Shown: in pieces, positions 39,165 through 48,589 of the stretch
How the letters are laid out: each line of letters begins with the position of its first letter
Numbering within the stretch: the stretch's first letter is position 1
Position numbers and translations under genes: made by a program
Notes under the pieces: generated by a model
Told to the model about the DNA's origin: nothing
The model's database searches: none
Seen by the model: the letters and a program-made list of their open reading frames with translations, nothing else
NCBI GenBank assembly: GCA_002898395.1
Contig: BEHE01000009.1
Span: 18,988 to 82,987, forward strand
From: Candidatus Calditenuaceae archaeon HR02
GTDB taxonomy: Archaea; Thermoproteota; Nitrososphaeria_A; Caldarchaeales; Calditenuaceae
Length of the DNA stretch: 64,000 nucleotides
Direction of reading: 5' to 3'

Positions 39165-40100
39165 ATGGCACTTCCTAATAGGCGTGTAGAAGGATATATC
39201 TGCCCAGAGTGCGGCAGCGATAATATAATTACCGATTCTAGGACAGGTGAGATAAGCTGCGGCGACTGTGGATACGTCCTCCTAGCTAAGGATGTTGACA
39301 GAGGGCCTGAGTGGAGGAGTCTCGATGATGATCAGCAGAGCAGGGCTAGAACTGGAGCACCACTCTCTATAATGTATAGAGACCACGGCCTCTCGACTGT
39401 GATTAACAGGATCGGCGAGGACGCGGGTGGGAGGCGTCTCCCCAAAGAGATGAGGGAGAAGATGCTCAGGCTGAAGAAGCTCGACCAGACATCCCAAGTA
39501 AATGCCTCTGAAAACAGGAACCTCCAGCAGGCGGCAAACGTCCTCGAGATCTATGTCGACAAGCTTCACATACCTCAGTCAGTAGCGGAAATGGCCATGT
39601 CGATCTACAGGAAAGCCTTGAAGGCGGGACTGGTCAGGGGCAGATCCATCAGGAGCATAGTAGCGGCCGCGACATACGCTGCCTGCAGGATGAGTGGGAT
39701 GCCGAGGGACCTGAGAGAGTTTGAGCGCGTCTATCCACTGGTTAAGAGGAAAACTATTGCACAGGGCTATAGACTCCTAGTCAAGAACCTGAACATCAAG
39801 ATACCTGTAGTGGAGCCTAGCCTATATGTCAGGAAGATCGCCTCCTCTAGGGTTGGGCTGGACGAGCGGACAGTACAGGAGGCTCTTAACCTTCTAAACA
39901 AGGCCGCATCTAGGGGAGCAACGGTGGGTAAGGACCCAGTGGGCATAGCCGCAGCCGCTCTCTACATGGCATGCCAAGAGATGATGCAGAACATAACTCA
40001 GAAGGACATAGCCCGCGCCGCCGGCGTAACGGAAGTAACGGTCAGGAACAGGTTCAAGGGCCTAAAGGAGGCGCTAGAAAGCACAGCACAGGCGGTATAG
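39165..40100 (+). CDS. tfb: Transcription initiation factor IIB
   Basis: CPECGS...CGDCG zinc ribbon, GPEWR, GRS, GKDP.G.AAA.LY and VTEVTVRNR. GGAGGTG upstream. Confidence 0.97.
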   Translation: MALPNRRVEGYICPECGSDNIITDSRTGEISCGDCGYVLLAKDVDRGPEWRSLDDDQQSRARTGAPLSIMYRDHGLSTVINRIGEDAGGRRLPKEMREKMLRLKKLDQTSQVNASENRNLQQAANVLEIYVDKLHIPQSVAEMAMSIYRKALKAGLVRGRSIRSIVAAATYAACRMSGMPRDLREFERVYPLVKRKTIAQGYRLLVKNLNIKIPVVEPSLYVRKIASSRVGLDERTVQEALNLLNKAASRGATVGKDPVGIAAAALYMACQEMMQNITQKDIARAAGVTEVTVRNRFKGLKEALESTAQAV

Positions 40101-40204
40101 CTTTCACCTAAGCTATAAGCCAGGAAAAGACATCCTCTTCCCCACGATTTTTAAATAGAGAAGTAAAGGATAAAAGTTATTGGATAGTAGAAAAGATTAG
40201 AGGG

Positions 40205-40513
40205 ATGCCTATCGAAGGAATTGAGTGGGTGATGGTTTTAGGCGTAGTCCTCATTATGATTTTTTGGAGTCCGGAGAAGATTCCGGAAATTGCGAGGGCC
40301 ATCGGTAGATTCGTGAATGAAATCCAGAAAGCGCAGATGGAGGCGGATAGATATGTTAAGGAGCTTATCAAACCCGGTGTGGAGGCGGTTGATATGGCTG
40401 ATAGGCAGCTCATTGAGGCAGCAGGGAAGCTAGATATTGTCACCGAAGGGCTTAAGAAAGAGGAGATAATATCCCTGATAAATAAAAGGCTCGAGGGCGC
40501 GGCGTCAAACTAG
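40205..40513 (+). CDS. tatA: Twin-arginine translocase TatA-like subunit
   Basis: Short TM segment followed by P.KIPEIARAIGR amphipathic helix. Confidence 0.85.
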   Translation: MPIEGIEWVMVLGVVLIMIFWSPEKIPEIARAIGRFVNEIQKAQMEADRYVKELIKPGVEAVDMADRQLIEAAGKLDIVTEGLKKEEIISLINKRLEGAASN

Positions 40514-40818
40514 ATTATCTCGAGGTTCTCAGACGGTATTCCGAGCTCTACTAGAATCTTTGGCACTTTTTCGCGCTGGTCGCCCTGCAACATTATTACT
40601 CCATTCTTCACCGCTCCTCCACAGGCGCACTTCGCCTTAAGGATAGATGCGACTTCTTCCATATCTATACTGCTTGAATCGAGGCCCTCGATAATCGTCA
40701 TAGTCTTGTTCCACTTCTTTGTCTCGAGTTTTATCTTGACACGCTGTTGCTCATAGTCGATAGTTTTGCACACACAGAGATTCTTGGGGAGCCCGCAGGT
40801 GGGGCATATCTCCGCCAT
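40510..40818 (-). CDS. Translation initiation factor aIF1 (SUI1)
   Basis: CPTCGLP..LCVC, LK.KCACGG.VK and LQGD motifs. Confidence 0.93.
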   Translation of the reverse strand: MAEICPTCGLPKNLCVCKTIDYEQQRVKIKLETKKWNKTMTIIEGLDSSSIDMEEVASILKAKCACGGAVKNGVIMLQGDQREKVPKILVELGIPSENLEII

Positions 40819-40880
40819 TATTTCTCTCCTAGACCCTCCGCAAAATTTAGGACCTGGGGGGATATAAATGTTAAGCGGAC

Positions 40881-41576
40881 TTAGCCCGACTCGTAGCTCT
40901 TTTTCTTCTGCTCAAACATCTCCCTGTCTGAGACAGGCCTTGCCGGCGAGCCCATGACCAGTTGGTTGGGCTCAACATCCCTCACAACTATTGAGCCGGC
41001 CGCGACAACAGCTCTTGAACCAATTGTCACCCCAGCCAATATGAGGGCGCCCGCACCTATCACGGCTTCGTCTCCTATTGTCACACCTGTCAGTTTTCTG
41101 CTTGGTGGATAGCGATCATTAGTAACGCAGACGAGAGGGCCTATGAAGACCTTTCTACCAATCTTTGTGAGATGAGGAAGGTAGGCCATTGATTGGATGT
41201 TGGTGCCATCTCCGATTACTACTTCGCCATCCAGCTGGCACCCACTCCCTATCTTCACAGCGCGCCCAACCCTCGACCCCTTTCTAATCAAGACATTGTG
41301 CCCCAGCTCCACATTGTCCATCAATTCCACCTCCTCATATATCACGGAGCCAGATCGTATCAAGCAACCCACACCAATTCTAGCACCAGAACTCAGCGTG
41401 TCAAGCTGGTTGATCGATGAGGGCTGTCCCTGCAGCAGCTTCTCCCTTGAGGGGTACCCGACTACTGTGTTGAAGTCAATGTAAGACTCTTCGCCAATCT
41501 CAGTGCTTCCGAGAATGATTGAGCCGTGAGATATGTGGCCCCTACACCGGGCCCGGGGACTAACGTATCCCAACAA
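40881..41576 (-). CDS. Hexapeptide-repeat acyltransferase
   Basis: Left-handed beta-helix repeats, FIGP....TND.YP and G.PAR. Confidence 0.88.
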   Translation of the reverse strand: MLGYVSPRARCRGHISHGSIILGSTEIGEESYIDFNTVVGYPSREKLLQGQPSSINQLDTLSSGARIGVGCLIRSGSVIYEEVELMDNVELGHNVLIRKGSRVGRAVKIGSGCQLDGEVVIGDGTNIQSMAYLPHLTKIGRKVFIGPLVCVTNDRYPPSRKLTGVTIGDEAVIGAGALILAGVTIGSRAVVAAGSIVVRDVEPNQLVMGSPARPVSDREMFEQKKKSYESG

Positions 41577-41615
41577 TTCATAATAGGTGGTTTAGGGTGT
41601 TCTATATAATTTGGG

Positions 41616-41891
41616 TTGGGGTCGGCCGTGAACTGGAATGACTTCAAAACACGACTGAGGTCGCTCCAGTCGAGGAGCCTTCTGGCTGAGGACTTACTCG
41701 ATATTTTATTGACTACTTATAACTATTCGGTAGTCTCTCCCGAGAAGGGAGAGGAGATTGTTAAGCTGTTTATCACCCGGGAACTTGATTCCCCTGAAGC
41801 AGTCTACATGCTAGTTGATTTAAGCATAAGAGCTGAGCCTGAGAAGACTTTAAAGGTGCTTAAGAACCACGGACTCGTCCATGGGATATGA
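41616..41891 (+). CDS. Hypothetical protein
   Basis: 91-aa ORF overlapping the next gene by 4 nt. Confidence 0.55.
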   Translation: MGSAVNWNDFKTRLRSLQSRSLLAEDLLDILLTTYNYSVVSPEKGEEIVKLFITRELDSPEAVYMLVDLSIRAEPEKTLKVLKNHGLVHGI

Positions 41892-42874
41892 AGTATTCTA
41901 TCGAGATACCACCTAAGGACCCTATCTGGCGCCTCCAGATATACGCCCACCTCGCAGACACTCTCTCTTTCCACACAATATGGCTCAGCGACCACTACTA
42001 TAATCGGAACATAGCCATAGTCGCAACGGCAATGTGCATGGTGACTAAGAGGGTGGGAATCGGCTTAGGCATCATGAACCCCTACATTTATCACCCTGTA
42101 TCGATGGCACAAATGGCCGCCTCGCTATCCGAGGTGGCTCCCGGCAGGGTCTCGATAGGCATTGGGGCGGGTGATAGAAACATTCTCGAAAGTCTGGGGA
42201 TTATACAGGAGAGGCCCGTGGATAGAGTACGGTGGGCTGTGAAGACGATTAGAGAGCTTTTCAGCGATAGCAGACGCAGCGGGGCCCTGGGCCTAGACTT
42301 CAAGGCCTGGGGATCGCCACAGATTTATATCGCAGCTCAAGGACCAAAGATGCTTCAGCTAGCAGCTGAGATGGGAGATGGAGTCCTAGTCAACACTTCC
42401 TGGCTCCCAAACCCTGAAAAGCCTCTAAGCCTCGTCAAGAAGACCCTAGACGAGGTGGGGCGTCGCCGAGCAGAGTTCTCAATAGAGCTTGAGACTCTAG
42501 TCTCAGTCCACGAAGACTCTGAGAAGGCCAGCAAGACTGTGAAACCATACGTGGGCGTGGTCATGCAGGGCCTGTCGCCCGAGATGGTAGAGGAGCTGCG
42601 GATAAGCGAGGAGACTCTTAGAAAGATAAGATCTATGGTACAGGCTAGGATGTGGCTTGAGATGCATAGAGTGATTCCTGACGAGGCTGTGGAGTTATTC
42701 TCGATCGCTGGTACCCCTAGCTATGTGCGGTCTAGGCTGGAAGAGATCTCGTCAATAGATTTGGATGGCTTAGTTCTTGGCGGGCCCCTCGGCCCCACTC
42801 CACGAAAAGCAATGATAATGCTAGATGAGATTATTAAAGGGTTTAGTGGATCACCATCCGCGCGAGCAGCCTAA
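41888..42874 (+). CDS. LLM-class (Mer-like, probably F420-dependent) oxidoreductase
   Basis: IW.SDHYYNRN, NPY..HP, GIGAGD, IYIAAQGPKML..A...DGVL.N and G.PLGP. Confidence 0.88.
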   Translation: MKYSIEIPPKDPIWRLQIYAHLADTLSFHTIWLSDHYYNRNIAIVATAMCMVTKRVGIGLGIMNPYIYHPVSMAQMAASLSEVAPGRVSIGIGAGDRNILESLGIIQERPVDRVRWAVKTIRELFSDSRRSGALGLDFKAWGSPQIYIAAQGPKMLQLAAEMGDGVLVNTSWLPNPEKPLSLVKKTLDEVGRRRAEFSIELETLVSVHEDSEKASKTVKPYVGVVMQGLSPEMVEELRISEETLRKIRSMVQARMWLEMHRVIPDEAVELFSIAGTPSYVRSRLEEISSIDLDGLVLGGPLGPTPRKAMIMLDEIIKGFSGSPSARAA

Positions 42875-43268
42875 TACTCGTCTTAAAAACTCTCAATTCC
42901 TCTTCGCTGAGTATATTCTGGCCGAAGCGGACGGCTTCATATAGCTCCACCAACTCCAACGCCTCCCTCCTATCAATGGCCTGGAAAATCTCCCTGACCG
43001 TGGAGGATGGCTTAATCTCCAACAATTTACGCTCGACTAATAGTTGAATAAAAATGTTGATACAGTTTTTAAGATACTCCTTTTGCCTCTCGCTCGTCAC
43101 CTCCATGCTAAGAGCCCTTTCAAGCCTCCAGAAAGGGCCTTCAACAAACTCTTCCACACTAGACTTTGAGGCGGCGCTCAGGCTTTTCCTCAACTTCAAT
43201 ATTCCAAACGCTACAAGAATATTGAGCACCAACCAGAAAACGGGGCTGTAGATTATGTCGAGCTCCAT
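42843..43268 (-). CDS. Hypothetical protein (DUF4129-like C-terminus)
   Basis: N-terminal TM segment and S.T.RE...L..LYE.VRFG pattern. Confidence 0.65.
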   Translation of the reverse strand: MELDIIYSPVFWLVLNILVAFGILKLRKSLSAASKSSVEEFVEGPFWRLERALSMEVTSERQKEYLKNCINIFIQLLVERKLLEIKPSSTVREIFQAIDRREALELVELYEAVRFGQNILSEEELRVFKTSIRLLARMVIH

Positions 43269-44029
43269 TCTATATCTCCTTCAACTATTGTCGCGTTTGT
43301 GATCTGGATTGGGATAAAGGTCTCGTCACTAACCACGGATAAAATGCTCCACGGAACTATTGTGTTTGTGCTTGAGAGGACTGGTACCACTACATCGTAC
43401 AAGACGTAGACAGCCGATGGTTGTAGGCTGATATAGTAGGGGCGGGGCGTTATATGCCATGCCACAGCCTCATGCGTCGGGTAGACGAGCTTTCTACCCA
43501 TTTGATCTATAGTAGTTATGATTGGGGTTGAAGCGTATATAATCTTGTCCGATGGCGGCATATACTGCATTTCAACACTGCTAGAGTCTGTGGTGTAGTT
43601 TACCATCAATATTAGAGAGTCGGGAATAAGCTTCTCTTCCCTGAACGAGACTAGGATCAATAGCGGCTTTTCAACCTTCACGATTGTTCTGAACGGGTAG
43701 AGTATTCCGTCACGCCATGAGACTATGAGGCTATAGTTCCCTGGAGGTAGGCTGAAAATCGCCTCACCCTTAGCGTCTAGGTCTGCTATATTCCCACCTA
43801 ACACGACGAAAACCAGTCCAGTAATTGGCGGCCTAGGGGTCTCATTTCCTATCTGGTGTGTTACTCTGACCTTCACTGTGATCCCGCTTTCAACTGGAGA
43901 GGCTATGTTGGAGACGTATGCGATGGCGCTTGATGACGAGAGTGATAGCGGTGGCGAATTAAAAAGGATGAATAATAGAGCTAGAATTACTGCAAGCGAC
44001 ATGACCAGTAATTCATGGCGCCTAAGCAA
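43253..44029 (-). CDS. Hypothetical secreted/membrane-anchored beta-rich protein
   Basis: Signal-like N-terminus and D..G.A.F.LPPG.Y motif. Confidence 0.65.
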   Translation of the reverse strand: MLRRHELLVMSLAVILALLFILFNSPPLSLSSSSAIAYVSNIASPVESGITVKVRVTHQIGNETPRPPITGLVFVVLGGNIADLDAKGEAIFSLPPGNYSLIVSWRDGILYPFRTIVKVEKPLLILVSFREEKLIPDSLILMVNYTTDSSSVEMQYMPPSDKIIYASTPIITTIDQMGRKLVYPTHEAVAWHITPRPYYISLQPSAVYVLYDVVVPVLSSTNTIVPWSILSVVSDETFIPIQITNATIVEGDIEWSST

Positions 44030-44180
44030 GATCCATAATCAATATTCAGAGCGCGGGATATAAGCTATTTTTGAAAACCCGCCCTGAGCCCCTTGGAACG
44101 GTGTCGGACGCATATATCAGGCTTGACACCGCATGTAAAAGGTTTAAAAACTTAGCGTTGATTCACGGTGTCTCCGATCT

Positions 44181-45431
44181 TTATGAGAATCTCGCAGGTG
44201 AGAAATGTTGTAGCAGTGGGTTTTCACGCCCTGTTATAACGTCCTCGACGAGCATAGCAGTTGCCGGGCTTAGCGTGAGGCCGAGTCTGCAGAGACCCGT
44301 AGCCACCAGAACGCGGCCCTTACCGCCAATCCTACCGACCAGCGGCAGGCCATCGGGTATGCAAGGCCTTGAGCCTACCCACTCATCAACTATTCGCACC
44401 TCATCCTCAAGCTTGATGGCCCTCTTCGCTTTTCTCACCATCTGGATTATCTTGGATCGGTCTAGAGGTGCATCTGGGTTGTTAAGCTCGAAATAGCTTG
44501 TGAACCGTAGATTACCATCTGCTGTCTGCCCAATAACTATCTTCTCATCAGCGTAGAAGAGTGGTCTGGACAGCCTCTTTTTAACCGGCTCTGAGACTGC
44601 GAGATATCCCCGCCCAGCGATAAGGGGTATCTCGACACCAAGACTCTTAAGTAGGTTTCTGGTCCAAGCTCCTGCAGCCAATACTACGTGTCCAGCCCTC
44701 AGCCCTCCACTATCCGCCTCGACCTTCACACCATCTCCATCCTCTCTGACACCTCTGACTCTTTCCCAGACTATCTGTACACCGAGCCGCTGGAGGGCTG
44801 AGATGAGGGAGTTCAGTGTCTTAGAGGGATTTACCCATGCGTCGTCGACATAGTATAGCCCACCTGCGACGCCCTCCCTCAGGAGGGGCTCCAACTCCCT
44901 GCACTTCTCCCCTTCAAGGATCTGGACCCTGTATCCCAGCTTAGCCGACTCCTCTGAGACGACGCGGGACTCGAGGCTGAAGAGCTCTTCAGAGAAATAG
45001 GCCTCAATAGACCCTTGCTCCAGCAACTCAGTATCGAGCTCCTCGCTCCTGATTATCTCAAGCCACAGCTTCTTACTCTCGCGGACTAGACGGGCCAGCA
45101 AAGCTGCACGCACGGCTAGCTGCTCCTTTTTGAGGGAGCGCGCATATCTCCAGAGCCATCCACCGGGGAGGGATTCCCGCAAAGCTATCCATGGATTTGA
45201 CGATATGTAGGACCCCCGTCTCAAGGCCAGCCTAACCACACGCCAGAAGCCCATTATCTCCGGCACAGTAGTTGTCGAGCCCTGATGTATCAGCCCCGCA
45301 TTCCCCCACGAGGCACCTCGACGCGGCCCCTCCCCACCAACAACCACCACCCTCAAGCCACTCTTATGCAGCCGGTATGCTGTGTGCAGGCCTACGAATC
45401 CACCACCTACAACAATGGCGTCCGCATCCAA
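44181..45431 (-). CDS. FAD-dependent D-amino acid dehydrogenase-like oxidoreductase
   Basis: VVGGGFVG, GASWGNAG, LAAGAW, W.GSRP..PDGLP and G..RLGLTLSP.T. Confidence 0.9.
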   Translation of the reverse strand: MDADAIVVGGGFVGLHTAYRLHKSGLRVVVVGGEGPRRGASWGNAGLIHQGSTTTVPEIMGFWRVVRLALRRGSYISSNPWIALRESLPGGWLWRYARSLKKEQLAVRAALLARLVRESKKLWLEIIRSEELDTELLEQGSIEAYFSEELFSLESRVVSEESAKLGYRVQILEGEKCRELEPLLREGVAGGLYYVDDAWVNPSKTLNSLISALQRLGVQIVWERVRGVREDGDGVKVEADSGGLRAGHVVLAAGAWTRNLLKSLGVEIPLIAGRGYLAVSEPVKKRLSRPLFYADEKIVIGQTADGNLRFTSYFELNNPDAPLDRSKIIQMVRKAKRAIKLEDEVRIVDEWVGSRPCIPDGLPLVGRIGGKGRVLVATGLCRLGLTLSPATAMLVEDVITGRENPLLQHFSPARFS

Positions 45432-45529
45432 TTCAATATACTCTATCCACCACCCGCCTAAATACGCGTTACTCTTGGCGTCACACCCTAGGAAAGGTTT
45501 TTAATCGGCTCCGAGCAGGTCTAACCAAC

Positions 45530-45883
45530 ATGGCAGCCGAAGAGTTTCTAAAGGCGCTACGGTACACACACGAACTGAACATCACTACAGTCGGAAGGAG
45601 GAGTGGGAAACGCATCAGTCTACCTGTCTGGTTCGTCAACGAGGATAGGAAGGTTTACCTCCTGCCCGTGAAGGGCTCAGATACGAACTGGTATAGGAAC
45701 GTCTTGGCAAACCCCTCCATGGAGTTGGCGGCTGGTGATAAACGGCTAACAGTAGTGGCAAGGCCGTTAAGCGACAAGAAAAGCGTGGAGAAAGTGGTAG
45801 AGCTATTCAAGAGGAAGTATGGCGAGTCTTCAATTAAGAGGTACTACTCTAAGCTCGACGTATGTATCGAGATAGAAGTATGA
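45530..45883 (+). CDS. Deazaflavin-dependent nitroreductase-like protein
   Basis: ITTVGRRSGK....VWF and WYRNV.ANP. Start at ATG 45530. Confidence 0.8.
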   Translation: MAAEEFLKALRYTHELNITTVGRRSGKRISLPVWFVNEDRKVYLLPVKGSDTNWYRNVLANPSMELAAGDKRLTVVARPLSDKKSVEKVVELFKRKYGESSIKRYYSKLDVCIEIEV

Positions 45884-46106
45884 GTTAAACGAGAAAGACG
45901 TCGCTGTCCCCTCATTGAACATGATCTGGCGGCGAGAAAATACGGCGTATGAAAATTCTGAAGAGCCTTTACGCAGGGCTCAAAATAATATTATGGCTCC
46001 CAAGAATAGAGACCAGCCTAACTTGGAGACATTAATAATACTTCATAACCTGCACCTTAACGTACTTTGGGTCAAAGCTTTTGTATTAGCTCATCTGTAG
46101 CTACAC

Positions 46107-46430
46107 ATGCCCCAATACGTTATACTACAGAGTCATCCTCTAGGGAATTGTCCGCTCGCAAGCAAGGGTGCAAGAGAATGGTTTAAGAAGACTTTCCCAG
46201 AAGTGGAAAGCGTAGCTAAGAAATTCAGTGTTAAGCTCGTCGTGCCATATATTCATCTCGACCCAGCCCACAAGGGACTTATGTTACTGGAAGCCCCAAG
46301 CGCCGAGGCAGTTAGAGATTTTCTTATGCAGGCAGGTTTCTTCCATTTCGTTGACATGGAGTTCTATCTAGTCACACCAATAGCAGACCTCGTAAAGGAC
46401 ATAGACAGGATCCCAACAATATACCCGTAG
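46107..46430 (+). CDS. Hypothetical protein (small ferredoxin-like fold possible)
   Basis: 107-aa ORF with H....CP and H.....EA.S.E.V patterns. Confidence 0.7.
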   Translation: MPQYVILQSHPLGNCPLASKGAREWFKKTFPEVESVAKKFSVKLVVPYIHLDPAHKGLMLLEAPSAEAVRDFLMQAGFFHFVDMEFYLVTPIADLVKDIDRIPTIYP

Positions 46431-46663
46431 AGTGGGTCTGTCATTACCTAATGGGTTTAATGACGATGCGCCTGCTCTTTTTGACGGTTTTGTGGCCGTC
46501 TATAGGAGTTTGTTGATGAGGTTTTATTTGGACTAATTTCCGCCACATTGACGGTGTAACGAGCCTTAATGCCTCTTTAACGATTTTCTAATAAGCGTGG
46601 TTATCGGGATCCTTAAACAGTATGGGCTGGATGAGCCGGTGCCATCTATAGATGGTCTGATGA

Positions 46664-46718
46664 TGGGTCAGAGCGGGTATCTTCATCACGTCTCAGAAAT
46701 ACCCGCTATCATCACCCA
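46664..46718 (-). ncRNA. C/D-box sRNA with mutually complementary guide regions
   Basis: Minus strand: tgg-GTGATGA-TAGCGGGTATTT-CTGA-gac-GTGATGA-AGATACCCGCT-CTGA-ccca. All four boxes are consensus, with normal spacing and a terminal stem. Confidence 0.85.
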
Positions 46719-46776
46719 CAGTATAGCCTAAAAATTCGAGAGATAAATGTTGGTGTCTCCCGGCATTTTGGACTGT

Positions 46777-46953
46777 TTAGAAGTCTTCCTTAATTATCGT
46801 CTTCCGGTTGTTTGCCTTGCAGCGCTCTACAGCCTTTTGGATCGCTTGCCTGACAACAGCGTCGAGCCCCTGAAGAGCGTCACTGCTCAGTCGGATACCC
46901 TCCGGCAGCAGCTCCCTAACCTTTGATTCTACAACCACAAACTCCCGTGGCAT
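46777..46953 (-). CDS. Small histone-fold protein (58 aa)
   Basis: MPREFVVVESKVRELLPEGIRLSSDALQGLDAVVRQAIQKAVERCKANNRKTIIKEDF*, with RxS and RKTxxxxD motifs. Below the ORF-track length cutoff. Confidence 0.88.
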   Translation of the reverse strand: MPREFVVVESKVRELLPEGIRLSSDALQGLDAVVRQAIQKAVERCKANNRKTIIKEDF

Positions 46954-47044
46954 GGTTTCGGTAAAAACTGCTAAAGGATGCTTTTTAGGTTTATCTGGCT
47001 TCTCTGACAGCCATGCAGCGGGTAATACTGGCGTCGTTTCCTAT

Positions 47045-48469
47045 TTATATTGTGGTAGGGAGCTTGGGATGGAGGTTTATAAGGCTTGAACCGGGGGCAA
47101 CCCGGCTTAGGACCGGCTGGAATAGCTCCGGGGTCTCGGTATGTATTGGTATTACTCTCTTGGGGCGGGCCATTCGGATAATGTGTGCCAGCTCCTCCCT
47201 GCCGGCGTGTCCAGAGGCGTGGACCTGGATGCTCTTCATACCCAGTATCGAGAGCCAGTTATCTATCCGCTCCCTGTCTATTTCCTGCTCCTCGTTGTGC
47301 GGCTCGCTCGTAGAGTAGATGAATAGGGAGTCTTCGACGGGCCTCATCAGTAGTAGGTCTAAGACGTCGTCCGGCGAGTTAAGGACAATCGTGTACTTGC
47401 TTTGATAGGCCGCGACATCTAAGTCTGTTAGCACCGGCAAACCCTTGTCCAAGAGCTTCTCCAGGTATTCTCTCTCCCAGCCGTGGTAGTCTTGCCTGTC
47501 CAGTAAACCGCTTCCCTTCCTCTCAACCAGAACCCCTACTTTCCCCTTGCCCGGGAGGAAGTCCTCAGGCATCACCCCAAGGTTCCTAAAGGTGTTGAGC
47601 ATCATGGCCATCCTAGGAGAGATGAGGACCGTTCTCCCCGCCGCCTCGGAGGCAGAGACGATTGAGCTGAAGCGGTCGTAGTCTAGGAGACCAGTAAGCA
47701 CCGCTACTAGCCCTCTCCTCTCCATAATGTTGTGGGTAAGACTCTTCTCCACATCTGCCTCGGTCGCCTGTTCCTCTTCACCTATCCGGGTGCCCTCCAA
47801 CATCACTACGTCAACACCTTGAGAAGTGATGGTCTCTGCAAACTCTTCCGTAAATACGCTCTTAGGCCCATGTAGCCTTAGATCACCCGAATACGCCACA
47901 CTCCCTTCCGGTGAGTGCACTATAAGGCCGTAGGAGCCTGGAACCGAGTGGTCTACATGTATTGGAACTACCTCGAATGAACCGATCCGAACATTGCTGC
48001 CCGTCCTGAAGAGGCGGACCACCCTATCTTCATCGGTAAATATTTTATCTTCTAGCGTCTTCGCGGGTTTGGTCAGCTCCCTCGTCCTAGCTATCTCGTA
48101 GCTCCCTTCACCGAGATAGATGGGGATGTCCTTTCGCAGCAGTGAGACGTGGCCGATGTGGTCCGTGTGGGGGTGGCTAACCACTATGCCCTGCACGTTT
48201 AGTTCGGGGGCCTTACGAAGGAACTCACTTGTGAGGCCGGTTGGGTCGAAGAGCTCCCTGTCGTAGAGGTTTCGGACTAGGGGGATGGAGCGGGACGCGA
48301 TTAGCGAGGCCAGCAGCGAGAACTTTTTGGGCCTCAGAAAGAACCCGAAATAGCGCCTCCTGTATGCATAGCTTATTCCGAAGTCGATGAATAAGCCTTC
48401 ACTCCGGGCCTCGATATAGAATTTGTTACCGCCAACCTCGCCCACGCCTCCAAACCCCCACACCCTCAT
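47045..48469 (-). CDS. MBL/beta-CASP ribonuclease (RNase J-like)
   Basis: GGVGEVGGN, SHPHTDH, VDHSVPG, YSGDLRLHG, HASGHA and IPIHTE. Confidence 0.9.
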   Translation of the reverse strand: MRVWGFGGVGEVGGNKFYIEARSEGLFIDFGISYAYRRRYFGFFLRPKKFSLLASLIASRSIPLVRNLYDRELFDPTGLTSEFLRKAPELNVQGIVVSHPHTDHIGHVSLLRKDIPIYLGEGSYEIARTRELTKPAKTLEDKIFTDEDRVVRLFRTGSNVRIGSFEVVPIHVDHSVPGSYGLIVHSPEGSVAYSGDLRLHGPKSVFTEEFAETITSQGVDVVMLEGTRIGEEEQATEADVEKSLTHNIMERRGLVAVLTGLLDYDRFSSIVSASEAAGRTVLISPRMAMMLNTFRNLGVMPEDFLPGKGKVGVLVERKGSGLLDRQDYHGWEREYLEKLLDKGLPVLTDLDVAAYQSKYTIVLNSPDDVLDLLLMRPVEDSLFIYSTSEPHNEEQEIDRERIDNWLSILGMKSIQVHASGHAGREELAHIIRMARPKRVIPIHTETPELFQPVLSRVAPGSSLINLHPKLPTTI

Positions 48470-48589
48470 GCTCTCGTAATAGCTGGATAAACTGATTTAA
48501 AGCTACGTCCCCCGAAAATCGCCTATGATTTGGACTCTTGTAGCTAAACAAATCTTTTAAACCTCTTTCATGAAGGTTCAGGTAGAGAA

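Noticed and set aside
46460-46536. Possible second C/D RNA on the plus strand (ATGACGA...TTGA...TGATGA...CTAA)
   Set aside because: Three of four boxes are non-consensus and the spacing is long.
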